DNA of 33,968 bases from the IMG/VR virus record IMGVR_UViG_3300034375_008105; one strand, given 5' to 3'. The notes beneath the pieces were generated by a model. The model did no database searches. It saw nothing but the letters and a program-made list of their open reading frames with translations, and had not been told where the DNA came from. This stretch comes from a virus. The translations under genes were made by a program, and so were the position numbers. How positions within the stretch are numbered: position 1 is the stretch's first letter; every line of letters begins with the position of its first letter. Positions 16,480 through 23,460 of the stretch are shown here, piece after piece.

Positions 16480-16552
16480 TTGCTCTCCTGTATGCGTTGT
16501 TGATGTGTCTAATGTAGTGCATTATACATATGAGCGCAACACATATTTGCAA

Positions 16553-16942
16553 TTAATTTAAAGTTTTTTGCAGATCGTTTGCGAGCTTGTTGTAGTGGGC
16601 CTCGACCTTCTCAGCTTTGGTAAAGCTTGCTATGGAGAATTCAATGAACTCCTCACCTTTCTTCACATCCACTTTTTCCAGCGTCATACGGTAAATATCT
16701 TTGTCGTCAAACCCGTATTTCTTTTGCAGGCAGTCAACAAAGCACTTAACCGGGTTGTCTATGTCCGCTCTTTTGTTGCTTAGGCCGAATCTCAGGCTCA
16801 CTGAAAGCTTTTCTTCTGGGATTGATATGCTGGGAAGGATCATAATTACATCGCGCTCATAGCGGCTGTAAGAAGCTGTTTTGAATCTGCGCCCTTTCCA
16901 GGCTTCGTTAACAGATAGAGGCTTAATCGGTATGCGGTTCAT
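16553..16942 (-). CDS. rusA: RusA-family Holliday-junction resolvase, 129 aa.
   Basis: RADIDNPVKCFVDCL...GFDDKDIY matches the RusA DxDN...DD acidic motifs. Lies downstream of a YbcO-like gene, as in lambdoid nin regions. Confidence 0.8.
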   Translation of the reverse strand: MNRIPIKPLSVNEAWKGRRFKTASYSRYERDVIMILPSISIPEEKLSVSLRFGLSNKRADIDNPVKCFVDCLQKKYGFDDKDIYRMTLEKVDVKKGEEFIEFSIASFTKAEKVEAHYNKLANDLQKTLN

Positions 16943-17256
16943 TTCATCCCCTCGATTTTAATTACACCCATCTCAACCAGCTTGCGCCAGGTTCTCACCA
17001 TAGCCCGCCGCATGTAGTTTTCTTTGTCTGCTGGTTCCAGATAATGCTTTACCCGGCCATCGATTACAGAGTGGCAGTTATCACAGGCAAAGCAGGCGCT
17101 GATATCGTCAGACTTACGCCCCATTCCGTGGCTTTCATCCGGTAGGTGGGCCAGCACTACTGTGCTTGTGTCGTAGCTGCATACGCCTACGATCTGGAGG
17201 GTGCATTGCTGGCCTCTGGCCGCGTCTCTGACTTTCTTCGATACGATCTTAAGCAT
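16939..17256 (-). CDS. YbcO-like (DUF1364) putative zinc-binding nuclease, 105 aa.
   Basis: AARGQQCTLQIVGVC...VLAHLP...CFACDNCHSVIDG pattern. Confidence 0.65.
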   Translation of the reverse strand: MLKIVSKKVRDAARGQQCTLQIVGVCSYDTSTVVLAHLPDESHGMGRKSDDISACFACDNCHSVIDGRVKHYLEPADKENYMRRAMVRTWRKLVEMGVIKIEGMK

Positions 17257-17722
17257 ATTCCATCATCCCATTTACTACCCTTTCCATTTCGCTCTCTGTC
17301 CAGCCCTGAACATGGCGCATTACCATCTTCCAGAGAACGCTAAATGCTGCCCGGTATAGCTCCTCAAACTGTGCATCATCCATGTTCCCAAAACTGATTG
17401 ACTTGGGTACCAGCTGCACATCGCCCTTGAGGTTCGACACCACATCATAAAACCCGGCCATTACCGTCACGTCGCTACGGAACTTTTCGAAATTCTTTTC
17501 TGTAGTACGGCCCTTGTACTCACCCTTTGGCGGCTCCCAGTACTCATAAGCCATATTCAAAAGTGAGAAGAATTTGCGGTGAAACTTGATGTTTCTAGCC
17601 TTCACCAGATCCGCCCGTATCTCCTGACCTGTTCGCAGAGACTGAATATACTCCAACCCCTGCTGATCTACAGGCACAAGGGTGTTGTGATTACCCTTGC
17701 GCAGTATTACCTGTTTACTCAC
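17249..17722 (-). CDS. DUF1367-like lambdoid nin-region protein (157 aa from the GTG at 17722).
   Basis: GGAGG 7 nt upstream of the GTG, in a GTGA overlap with the upstream stop. KARNIKFHRKFFSLLNMAYEYW motif. Confidence 0.6.
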   Translation of the reverse strand: MSKQVILRKGNHNTLVPVDQQGLEYIQSLRTGQEIRADLVKARNIKFHRKFFSLLNMAYEYWEPPKGEYKGRTTEKNFEKFRSDVTVMAGFYDVVSNLKGDVQLVPKSISFGNMDDAQFEELYRAAFSVLWKMVMRHVQGWTESEMERVVNGMMEYA

Positions 17723-17898
17723 TGCCACACCTCCGCCAGTTCCTTTTCCATTCTCCGCGCTTCCTGGTGATCCTCTACCGTTCTGCGCCGATAGCATTCA
17801 CGCTTCTTTTCCGGCGATATCTCTTTAGGGATTACTACACGCTCTGGGTTAGTGATTACGAATTTGTGCTTGTATTCCGGGGCTGATGTAATGCTCAT
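17719..17898 (-). CDS. Hypothetical protein (59 aa from the ATG at 17898).
   Basis: TAATG overlap with the upstream gene. The track start at 17940 lies inside the upstream gene. Confidence 0.45.
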   Translation of the reverse strand: MSITSAPEYKHKFVITNPERVVIPKEISPEKKRECYRRRTVEDHQEARRMEKELAEVWQ

Positions 17899-18257
17899 TA
17901 CTCTGCCCCCTTCATCATCAGGTAGCAGATGGCTGCGCACCGCAGTAATTCATCATGCCGGGCGGAACATTTAGCGGATTCATTAAAGTAACTGCTTACA
18001 TGTACTTGGCATGTATCAAAGCTGTATTGGATGCAGTTTTTAATCATAATCGGACCCATCTGCTCCCATTCTCCGGTGTAGTCGTAACACTCTTGGCGCC
18101 ACCAATCATCCGTAAACTCTGGCGCCCACTCGAACAAGGCACTTCCACCATCGCACTCTTTAATCATATCATCAGGGTGTTTTGCCAGCTCCGGATGCTC
18201 AAGCATAGCCACCAGCACGTTTAGCTCAAAGTTTGTCTTTTCGGTTAAGTTAGTCAC
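17898..18257 (-). CDS. DUF2591/NinX-like hypothetical protein, 119 aa.
   Basis: FELNVLVAMLEH...FTDDWW...GPIMIKNCI loosely resembles DUF2591 (from memory). Confidence 0.35.
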   Translation of the reverse strand: MTNLTEKTNFELNVLVAMLEHPELAKHPDDMIKECDGGSALFEWAPEFTDDWWRQECYDYTGEWEQMGPIMIKNCIQYSFDTCQVHVSSYFNESAKCSARHDELLRCAAICYLMMKGAE

Positions 18258-18270
18258 CTTCTATCCCCTT

Positions 18271-19635
18271 CTACAAATTAAATCCGCGACGCTGCGGCTT
18301 TGGTTTTTCAATTACTGGCAATGGCCCGTCAAATACTGCAAACCGGTTTTCTGCACCGATAAAGTTTAGAAAATCAGTACCCTTTTCGCCGTCTCGAAAC
18401 TTGGCTGTGATCAGTTCAGCAATACCCCGGAAAGGCGTGTCTTCGTTGTACACCTCATCCCTGTAGATAAACTGGATTACATCGGCGTCCTGCTCAATCT
18501 GCCCAGACTCACGAAGGTCTGACAGGATAGGCCGCTTGTCTGCCCGCTCTTCAACCTTTCGGCTTAGCTGAGACAATGCGATTACTGTGCAGTCCAATTC
18601 CTTAGCCAGCGCCTTAAGCTTTCGGCTAATACTGGACACCTCATCGAATCGGTTTTTGCACTGGCGATCCGTCAGCAGCTGAAGGTAATCAACCAGAACC
18701 AAATCTAATCCGCTTTGACGCTTCTCACGACGGCAGCGGGTGCGCAATTCGTTCACATCCAAACTGGCCTGATCATCAATTTTAATGCTGGCCTTCGTTA
18801 GCTTATGAACAACATGAGTTAATTTATGCGCCTGCTCGTCGTCAGATAGCACCTCAGCGCTTTTTAGGAGTGACAGCGGTATCTTGCCTATGTATGCAAA
18901 TAAACGCTGCGTGAGCTGTCTGGCTGGCATTTCTAGGCTTGAGATATAAACCTTGCCGCCAGCTAATCCGATATTTGCCGCCCAATTCATAGACAAAGTG
19001 GTCTTACCCATGGCAGGACGAGCAGCAACAACATAGAATTCACCGCCTTTCAGGCCCTGCAACCGCTCATCAACGTTAGTCAGTCCGGTTTCCAGTCCGT
19101 GAATGCCCGGGTTTTCATGACGGTATTCAAGAAAATCGAGATAATCCTTAACCGCTTCGACAGTGCCTATCGCCTTATCGCTGCTTGGGCCTTCATTGCC
19201 AGCGGCGGTTATGATTGCTTCCGCCTCCTGCAAGCGCTCATCGGTGTTCATGCCGTCAGTCATTAGAACCTTTTGAGCCTCAACCAGTCCGTTGAACAGA
19301 TCACGCTCCTTTGCAAACCGGATGATGATGTTAGCCCATCCCTTAATGTTTGCAGCGCTTGGCGTGTTCTGCATCAGGTCGATCACGTAATCCATGCCGC
19401 CTATATCTGCGAACAGCTCGGAATCCTTTTCTTCCAAGAATTCAGACAGGGTGATCATGTCAACAGGATGGTTCATTTCCTGCATTGCGCAGATACCGTC
19501 AAACAGTGTCCGGCTAGCCAGGTCGTAAAACATGCTTTCAGTTAACAGGCCATCAATCTCATCGTATGACTTTGGCTGAAAGATCAATCCGCCTACTACG
19601 CCTTGCTCTGCTTCGATAGAAAATAGCTCTCTCAT
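18271..19635 (-). CDS. dnaB: DnaB-type replicative helicase, 454 aa.
   Basis: N-terminal EAEQGVVGGLI, Walker A ARPAMGKTT, Walker B LVLVDYLQL, and the SGQIEQDADV motif. Confidence 0.92.
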   Translation of the reverse strand: MRELFSIEAEQGVVGGLIFQPKSYDEIDGLLTESMFYDLASRTLFDGICAMQEMNHPVDMITLSEFLEEKDSELFADIGGMDYVIDLMQNTPSAANIKGWANIIIRFAKERDLFNGLVEAQKVLMTDGMNTDERLQEAEAIITAAGNEGPSSDKAIGTVEAVKDYLDFLEYRHENPGIHGLETGLTNVDERLQGLKGGEFYVVAARPAMGKTTLSMNWAANIGLAGGKVYISSLEMPARQLTQRLFAYIGKIPLSLLKSAEVLSDDEQAHKLTHVVHKLTKASIKIDDQASLDVNELRTRCRREKRQSGLDLVLVDYLQLLTDRQCKNRFDEVSSISRKLKALAKELDCTVIALSQLSRKVEERADKRPILSDLRESGQIEQDADVIQFIYRDEVYNEDTPFRGIAELITAKFRDGEKGTDFLNFIGAENRFAVFDGPLPVIEKPKPQRRGFNL

Positions 19636-20591
19636 AAACTCCCCTCTACTACCTGCTGGACCGTTTTCTTTGAAATTATGTAGTCGTAACTAACGACTAT
19701 CCCAGCGTTGTTGTTTCCCTTGTGCCAATCAGTGGCAGATCCAAAGAAGTATTTAAAATACTCTCGTACCTTATCGTTGCTTTTCCCCATCAGATAAAAG
19801 AATGCCTTAGTGTTGGTCACACGGTTATCATCTACAACAATCTCAACAGGCCTGAATGGTTCAACCACTTCTTCGTTATAAATACTAACCACATCAATTA
19901 CATCTTGATCGGTGTCCGTGGACCAGTCTTGACTAAAGTGTTGGTCAGGCCCAAAGAACGTCGCAGCCATCTTCACAAAGTTAGTTCCAATGCTTCCTTC
20001 CTTTTCACAGAAGGCTAGATATTTTTCTGTTCCGACTTTCATATCGACCCAAGTGCTACCTTCTTTAATTCTTGCAAGGCAGGCTGAATAAGTTTTTTTC
20101 TTATTGCTACCGCCTTTTCGTTTTGGATAGATGGCCCAAATGTTTTCGAACTCATCACAATATTTATTACCTTCTTTTCCCTTATTACATTCTTGTTTGT
20201 GTACCGCCTGTTGTCCGCCTGTTGTACCGCCTGTTGTACCGCCTGTTGTACCGTCTGTTGTACCGTCCCCCTGAAAAGCCTCGTAATTACATATACTTAT
20301 GACGCTAGTTAGGTGTCCCGTTTCCTGAGCAATCATACCGTCTTTTTCAAGCTGCTCTAAAAACCTTCTAACCTTTCCTCTTGACCATTTCCACGTCTTC
20401 GAAAGGGTTATTTCTGAACGTGCCTGCTGACCTCTTTTAAGCTCAACAACCGTACTCTTAATAGATATTTTACGGTCCGTATGGCCTGCATTAAGAATGA
20501 GGTCCACCCATGCTTGCCCTTTCGAAAAAGGCTCAGAAGACCATAACCAGTGGTCAGCAATGCCGCGATGTAGTTTGATCCATCCAGCCAT
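19632..20591 (-). CDS. Replication initiator: an N-terminal winged-HTH domain, a GTT-repeat linker and a C-terminal domain (319 aa from the ATG at 20591).
   Basis: MAGWIKLHRGIADHWLW... is typical of phage DnaD/O-like initiators. ATGA coupling to dnaB. GAGG SD at 20605-20602. An alternative GTG start lies at 20618. Confidence 0.7.
   Translation of the reverse strand: MAGWIKLHRGIADHWLWSSEPFSKGQAWVDLILNAGHTDRKISIKSTVVELKRGQQARSEITLSKTWKWSRGKVRRFLEQLEKDGMIAQETGHLTSVISICNYEAFQGDGTTDGTTGGTTGGTTGGQQAVHKQECNKGKEGNKYCDEFENIWAIYPKRKGGSNKKKTYSACLARIKEGSTWVDMKVGTEKYLAFCEKEGSIGTNFVKMAATFFGPDQHFSQDWSTDTDQDVIDVVSIYNEEVVEPFRPVEIVVDDNRVTNTKAFFYLMGKSNDKVREYFKYFFGSATDWHKGNNNAGIVVSYDYIISKKTVQQVVEGSL
20201..20266. 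repeat. Five and a half tandem copies of a 12-bp unit (plus-sense gtaccgcctgtt). Iteron-like, inside the initiator gene.
   Basis: Units at 20201, 20213 (11 bp), 20224, 20236 and 20248 (one mismatch), plus a partial unit at 20260. They encode GTTDGTTGGTTGGTTGG. The AT-rich stretch 20150-20200 is adjacent. Confidence 0.85.
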
Positions 20592-20599
20592 GCTATAAT
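20591..20599 (+). promoter_or_regulatory. Extended -10 promoter element TGCTATAAT, antisense to the initiator translation-start region.
   Basis: Perfect TGnTATAAT on the plus strand, 24 nt upstream of a plus-oriented intrinsic terminator. Confidence 0.4.
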
Positions 20600-20605
20600 T
20601 ACCTC

Positions 20606-20652
20606 GTTTTTGACTCACTCTTAGCCCGTCCTAGCCGACGGGTTTATTTTTT
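20606..20652 (+). ncRNA. Candidate cis-antisense RNA of about 45 nt (oop-like), ending in an intrinsic terminator.
   Basis: Hairpin CCCGTC (20625-20630) / GACGGG (20637-20642) with a 6-nt loop, then TTTATTTTTT (20643-20652). The T-run is on the plus strand only. Confidence 0.35.
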
Positions 20653-20847
20653 CCGGTATTTAACCAGCTTTACTTTTTCGTATCCAAGCTCATCAAGGAT
20701 AGGCTGAGTAATTCCGGTCAGACCCTTAATCATGTTGTTTACTTGCTGCGGAGAAATACCCCAAACCTTTGACGCCGCAACCTGACTGCCATAATTTTTC
20801 TTAACATGGCCAAGAAGCTTCAACCGCATTGCTGTATCATCAAGCAT
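20644..20847 (-). CDS. Cro-like small HTH protein, 67 aa.
   Basis: SQVAASKVWGISPQQVNNMIKG HTH. AAGGAA SD. Confidence 0.6.
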   Translation of the reverse strand: MLDDTAMRLKLLGHVKKNYGSQVAASKVWGISPQQVNNMIKGLTGITQPILDELGYEKVKLVKYRKK

Positions 20848-20900
20848 AAACTGTTTTCCTTTTATTTACTAATGTGTTTTTACTTTACGCTAAGTGTTTA

Positions 20901-21551
20901 TTAAATAACACCCTCACTAATCAGCTTCTCGTTAATCCATACTTCACCGGCTGGCGTAAACAGTGCCTGAGAATGCCCCTGCTCTGTCTGCTTCATTTCA
21001 CCGTAGCCGCTATCTAAGAATGCCTGAATAAATACCCGGCCACGCTTTACGCTCTTGCTGTACACTCCGCCCAGTTCATCAAGAAAGCGGTTAAGCTTAA
21101 CGGCTGACATTTTGTGCTTCTGGCCGATCTGGGTAGCGGTCATTAGTGTTGAGCGTTCAACCAAGTTATCGACAAACTTAACCTTAGGGGCGGCCAGTTC
21201 TAATTGCTTGGCCTGATCTGCTGCCAGCTGTAATGCTTCTGCAAATGTGCCGGGCAACTGTGGAGCGCTCTTTGTTTCCAGCTCCTCAAGTCGGTCAATA
21301 ATCTTGGCCCGCAATCCAATACTGTAGCCAGACACCAGAAGCAAAGTTTCGCGCTTAGGAAGGTTATATTCGTCATATGTGCGGCTATTGCTCACATACT
21401 GACCAAGGTACAGATCTGTACCCTCGTTTAATTGCTCAAGCATAATACGAACGTCGCGCATTACCGTTTTATGCTCTTTGCCAGTTAGCTCTGCAATCTC
21501 GCGACTGCTCATTGTTAACTTATCTGTTTGTGCTAGTATTACGTCTTGCAT
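20901..21551 (-). CDS. Rha-family regulator / KilAC-domain antirepressor-like protein (216 aa from the ATG at 21551).
   Basis: N-terminal LTMSSREIAELTGKEHKTVMRDVR (Rha-type) and C-terminal ATQIGQKHKMSAVKLNRFLDELG (KilAC-type). AGGTG lies 6 nt upstream of the ATG. Confidence 0.75.
   Translation of the reverse strand: MQDVILAQTDKLTMSSREIAELTGKEHKTVMRDVRIMLEQLNEGTDLYLGQYVSNSRTYDEYNLPKRETLLLVSGYSIGLRAKIIDRLEELETKSAPQLPGTFAEALQLAADQAKQLELAAPKVKFVDNLVERSTLMTATQIGQKHKMSAVKLNRFLDELGGVYSKSVKRGRVFIQAFLDSGYGEMKQTEQGHSQALFTPAGEVWINEKLISEGVI
21512..21539 (+). promoter_or_regulatory. Candidate antisense promoter (Psar-like) inside the 5' end of the antirepressor-like gene.
   Basis: TTGTTA (21512-21517), 16 nt, TG-n-TAGTAT (21531-21539) on the plus strand. 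Confidence 0.35.
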
Positions 21552-21596
21552 ATGATTCACCTGTCTTTAAGGCTGCCCACCCGGCGGCCTTTTTTT
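21546..21596 (+). ncRNA. Candidate antisense RNA of about 50 nt (sar-like) covering the SD and ATG of the antirepressor-like gene. It ends in an intrinsic terminator.
   Basis: Hairpin GGCTGCC (21571-21577) / GGCGGCC (21583-21589) followed by T7 (21590-21596). The T74:G86 pair is a legal wobble only in the plus-sense RNA. Confidence 0.4.
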
Positions 21597-21735
21597 ATGC
21601 GTGCTTAATTTTCAGCTCTTTCCGCAGCATCTGCTCAATCATTACCGAAAGATTCATGCCGCGTTTCCGGGCCTCTTCCTGAGCTGCCGCCTTTACTGCT
21701 TCAGTCAGCGTTATATTTGTCGGTTTCTTTTTCAT
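21595..21735 (-). CDS. Arc/CopG-type ribbon-helix-helix (RHH) protein, 46 aa. Not in the ORF track.
   Basis: MKKKPTNITLTEAVKAAAQEEARKRGMNLSVMIEQMLRKELKIKHA. AGGAG lies 6 nt upstream. The strand-helix-Gly-helix pattern fits RHH repressors. Confidence 0.65.
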   Translation of the reverse strand: MKKKPTNITLTEAVKAAAQEEARKRGMNLSVMIEQMLRKELKIKHA

Positions 21736-21767
21736 GCTTACTCCTGTTTCCGTGTTTGTATGCAGCA

Positions 21768-21796
21768 ATAATGCGCTTTAATTATGCGCATGTCAA
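21768..21796 (-). promoter_or_regulatory. Leftward early promoter with an embedded 21-bp palindromic operator candidate.
   Basis: Minus-sense TTGACA (21796-21791), 17 nt, CATTAT (21773-21768). The spacer holds ATGCGC-N9-GCGCAT (21771-21791). Confidence 0.5.
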
Positions 21797-21810
21797 ATGC
21801 AAAATTTATC

Positions 21811-21840
21811 TTGACGTTGCGTATAAGTCTGGCTTATAGT
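21811..21840 (+). promoter_or_regulatory. Rightward early promoter.
   Basis: TTGACG (21811-21816), 18 nt, TATAGT (21835-21840), 38 nt upstream of the first plus-strand gene. Confidence 0.5.
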
Positions 21841-21877
21841 TCACCCCATCAACAACGAAACACGCAGGGGATATAGG

Positions 21878-22282
21878 ATGGTCGAGTTAAAAGAAATCTT
21901 TCTAAACCAAAATAACGTGAATGAGTGGCAGGAAGAGGATGTTCATTCTTTTCGTGGCCGCGAATGCCTTGATAAGCACATGGAGTTACACAGCGCTCTT
22001 GATGATGCTCTAGGTGGCCGCACAGATTGGGGCGGACGATATGCGTCTTGGCTAAGCAATATCGGCGTATCACATGAATCGGACGCTGGCTGGTGGAATA
22101 AAACAGCAGTCTGTCGTGAAAATCTTCTCTGCTTTGTTCAGTATTATTCAGAAGAGGAAGAAAGCGAAATGGCAAAGGCTTACGATAAGCGCAAAGAAGC
22201 TATCGAAAATCTGCCAAAGCGCTGCTCAGTAAACAGTATTGATTGCTATGTAAATATCCGCGATCTACTTGAAGACTACTAA
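21878..22282 (+). CDS. Hypothetical early protein, 134 aa.
   Basis: ORF track. GGGGATATAGG precedes the ATG. First gene of the rightward operon. Confidence 0.55.
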   Translation: MVELKEIFLNQNNVNEWQEEDVHSFRGRECLDKHMELHSALDDALGGRTDWGGRYASWLSNIGVSHESDAGWWNKTAVCRENLLCFVQYYSEEEESEMAKAYDKRKEAIENLPKRCSVNSIDCYVNIRDLLEDY

Positions 22283-22322
22283 CCGCCCACCGGGCACAAC
22301 AATCTCAGATAAGGGGATGATT

Positions 22323-22838
22323 ATGAGCAAACGATTTGGACGACAGCAGAAGAAGAAGCTTAAGGCGCAGGTTGAAGCCCTGCAGATATGTAACGATCAT
22401 GAGAAGTCTAAGATCAAACATATGAATAGCGAACTGAAGTTTGTCGATGATGTGCTTGGTAATATTTCAGGGCTTACTCAGCGTGAAGTTATCCAGATCA
22501 ACAACCCGCGCGACTTTAGGTCGTGGCAAATGTATTCGCCAAATCAACTGATGACTGATCCTTATGTTGGCGAGCTGATGGCAGATTCACCCGAGCCGTA
22601 CCCCACGCACTTTCATGCGCACATTGAAAGCATCGAGCCGGTCAAGCTTGAACAGGTTCGCGATGATATCCGCAACGCTAGACATTTTTACTTTACTGCC
22701 GGCAATGGTCAGTGGGCCTATGCTGCATCACCGGAAATGTTAAGACTTTCCGGGCAGAAAGCGATGGTGCGCCGCATTTCAGATGAGCTGGCCGGCATGA
22801 TTGAAGAGTATATGCGAACCGGTCAAACGTTTGCATAA
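22323..22838 (+). CDS. Hypothetical early protein (171 aa from the ATG at 22323).
   Basis: AAGGGG lies 6 nt upstream of MSKRFGRQQ. The track start is a TTG inside the upstream gene. Confidence 0.55.
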   Translation: MSKRFGRQQKKKLKAQVEALQICNDHEKSKIKHMNSELKFVDDVLGNISGLTQREVIQINNPRDFRSWQMYSPNQLMTDPYVGELMADSPEPYPTHFHAHIESIEPVKLEQVRDDIRNARHFYFTAGNGQWAYAASPEMLRLSGQKAMVRRISDELAGMIEEYMRTGQTFA

Positions 22839-22887
22839 CCCCCGGGCTGGCACCCAGTCAGCCCATTAGTATTTAGAGGAGAGGATT

Positions 22888-23100
22888 ATGAAAACGCACC
22901 TTAAAATTGCGGGCGTTGATTCCCGAAGCAGCGGACAAACTGAATATGAATACACCCATCAAACAGCCTGCGGTTACGTAAGGAAGCAGGTTACTGAAAA
23001 TATGGATTCAGTTGATTGCTTTTACTGCCTTAGGTCTAAAGAAATGGAGCACTACCATAAAATAAACTCACTAATTACTGATTCATCTGGATGCTACTAA
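22888..23100 (+). CDS. Hypothetical Cys-containing early protein, 70 aa.
   Basis: Strong SD GAGGAGAGG upstream. Confidence 0.55.
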   Translation: MKTHLKIAGVDSRSSGQTEYEYTHQTACGYVRKQVTENMDSVDCFYCLRSKEMEHYHKINSLITDSSGCY

Positions 23101-23127
23101 CACCCGGCCCCGGGCCTTACTGAGGTA

Positions 23128-23316
23128 ATGAATATGAAACTAACACTCGAACAATTCGAAGCGCTGGCGGCATGGGTAGATGCCACAGCAGAAGATGCAG
23201 TAAACCGTATGACGTATGCTGGTGCCAGGGCTGGCGAAGAACAGGCCCCAGACGCTAAACGCCGGGCTTATGAGTCACTAGTAGGGGATGAGCCATGCGG
23301 CGAGCAAGGGAAATAG
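23128..23316 (+). CDS. Hypothetical early protein (62 aa, or 60 aa from the ATG at 23134).
   Basis: GAGG SD. ORF track. Confidence 0.5.
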   Translation: MNMKLTLEQFEALAAWVDATAEDAVNRMTYAGARAGEEQAPDAKRRAYESLVGDEPCGEQGK

Positions 23317-23402
23317 GCGTAGCTATTGGGATGGTTGCAGCTGGCGGTGTATCAATCATCGCCTTCCTGGTGTTGATTGAAATTGCAAATCGCACGGGAT
23401 AG
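23295..23402 (+). CDS. Possible 35-aa single-TM peptide (MRRAREIGVAIGMVAAGGVSIIAFLVLIEIANRTG).
   Basis: ORF below the track cut-off. AGGGGA lies 6 nt upstream. Overlaps the end of the preceding gene out of frame. Confidence 0.35.
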   Translation: MRRAREIGVAIGMVAAGGVSIIAFLVLIEIANRTG

Positions 23403-23460
23403 TTGTTGCATTATACATACGCATGACTCATAATTAGTTCAAATTAACAGGAGATGAGAT

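Noticed and set aside
16518-16530. The exact 13-mer TGCATTATACATA is shared by two intergenic regions (16518-16530 and 23407-23419) and might be a common operator.
   Set aside because: For a 34-kb sequence, roughly N^2/2/4^13, or about 8-9, same-strand 13-mer coincidences are expected by chance, and more in AT-rich spacers. Without further copies or symmetry this is not significant.
21571-21596. The hairpin between the RHH gene and the antirepressor-like gene read as a normal terminator of the leftward operon.
   Set aside because: In the minus sense the hairpin is preceded by the A-run and followed by cuuaaag, so it has no U-tail. It also contains an A:C mismatch in that sense. The T-run and the wobble-compatible stem exist only in the plus sense.
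21849-22175. A minus-strand 108-aa ORF opposite the first rightward early gene.
   Set aside because: It has no SD. It would have to be transcribed through the divergent promoter region in the wrong direction. The plus-strand ORF has the promoter, an SD and operon continuity.
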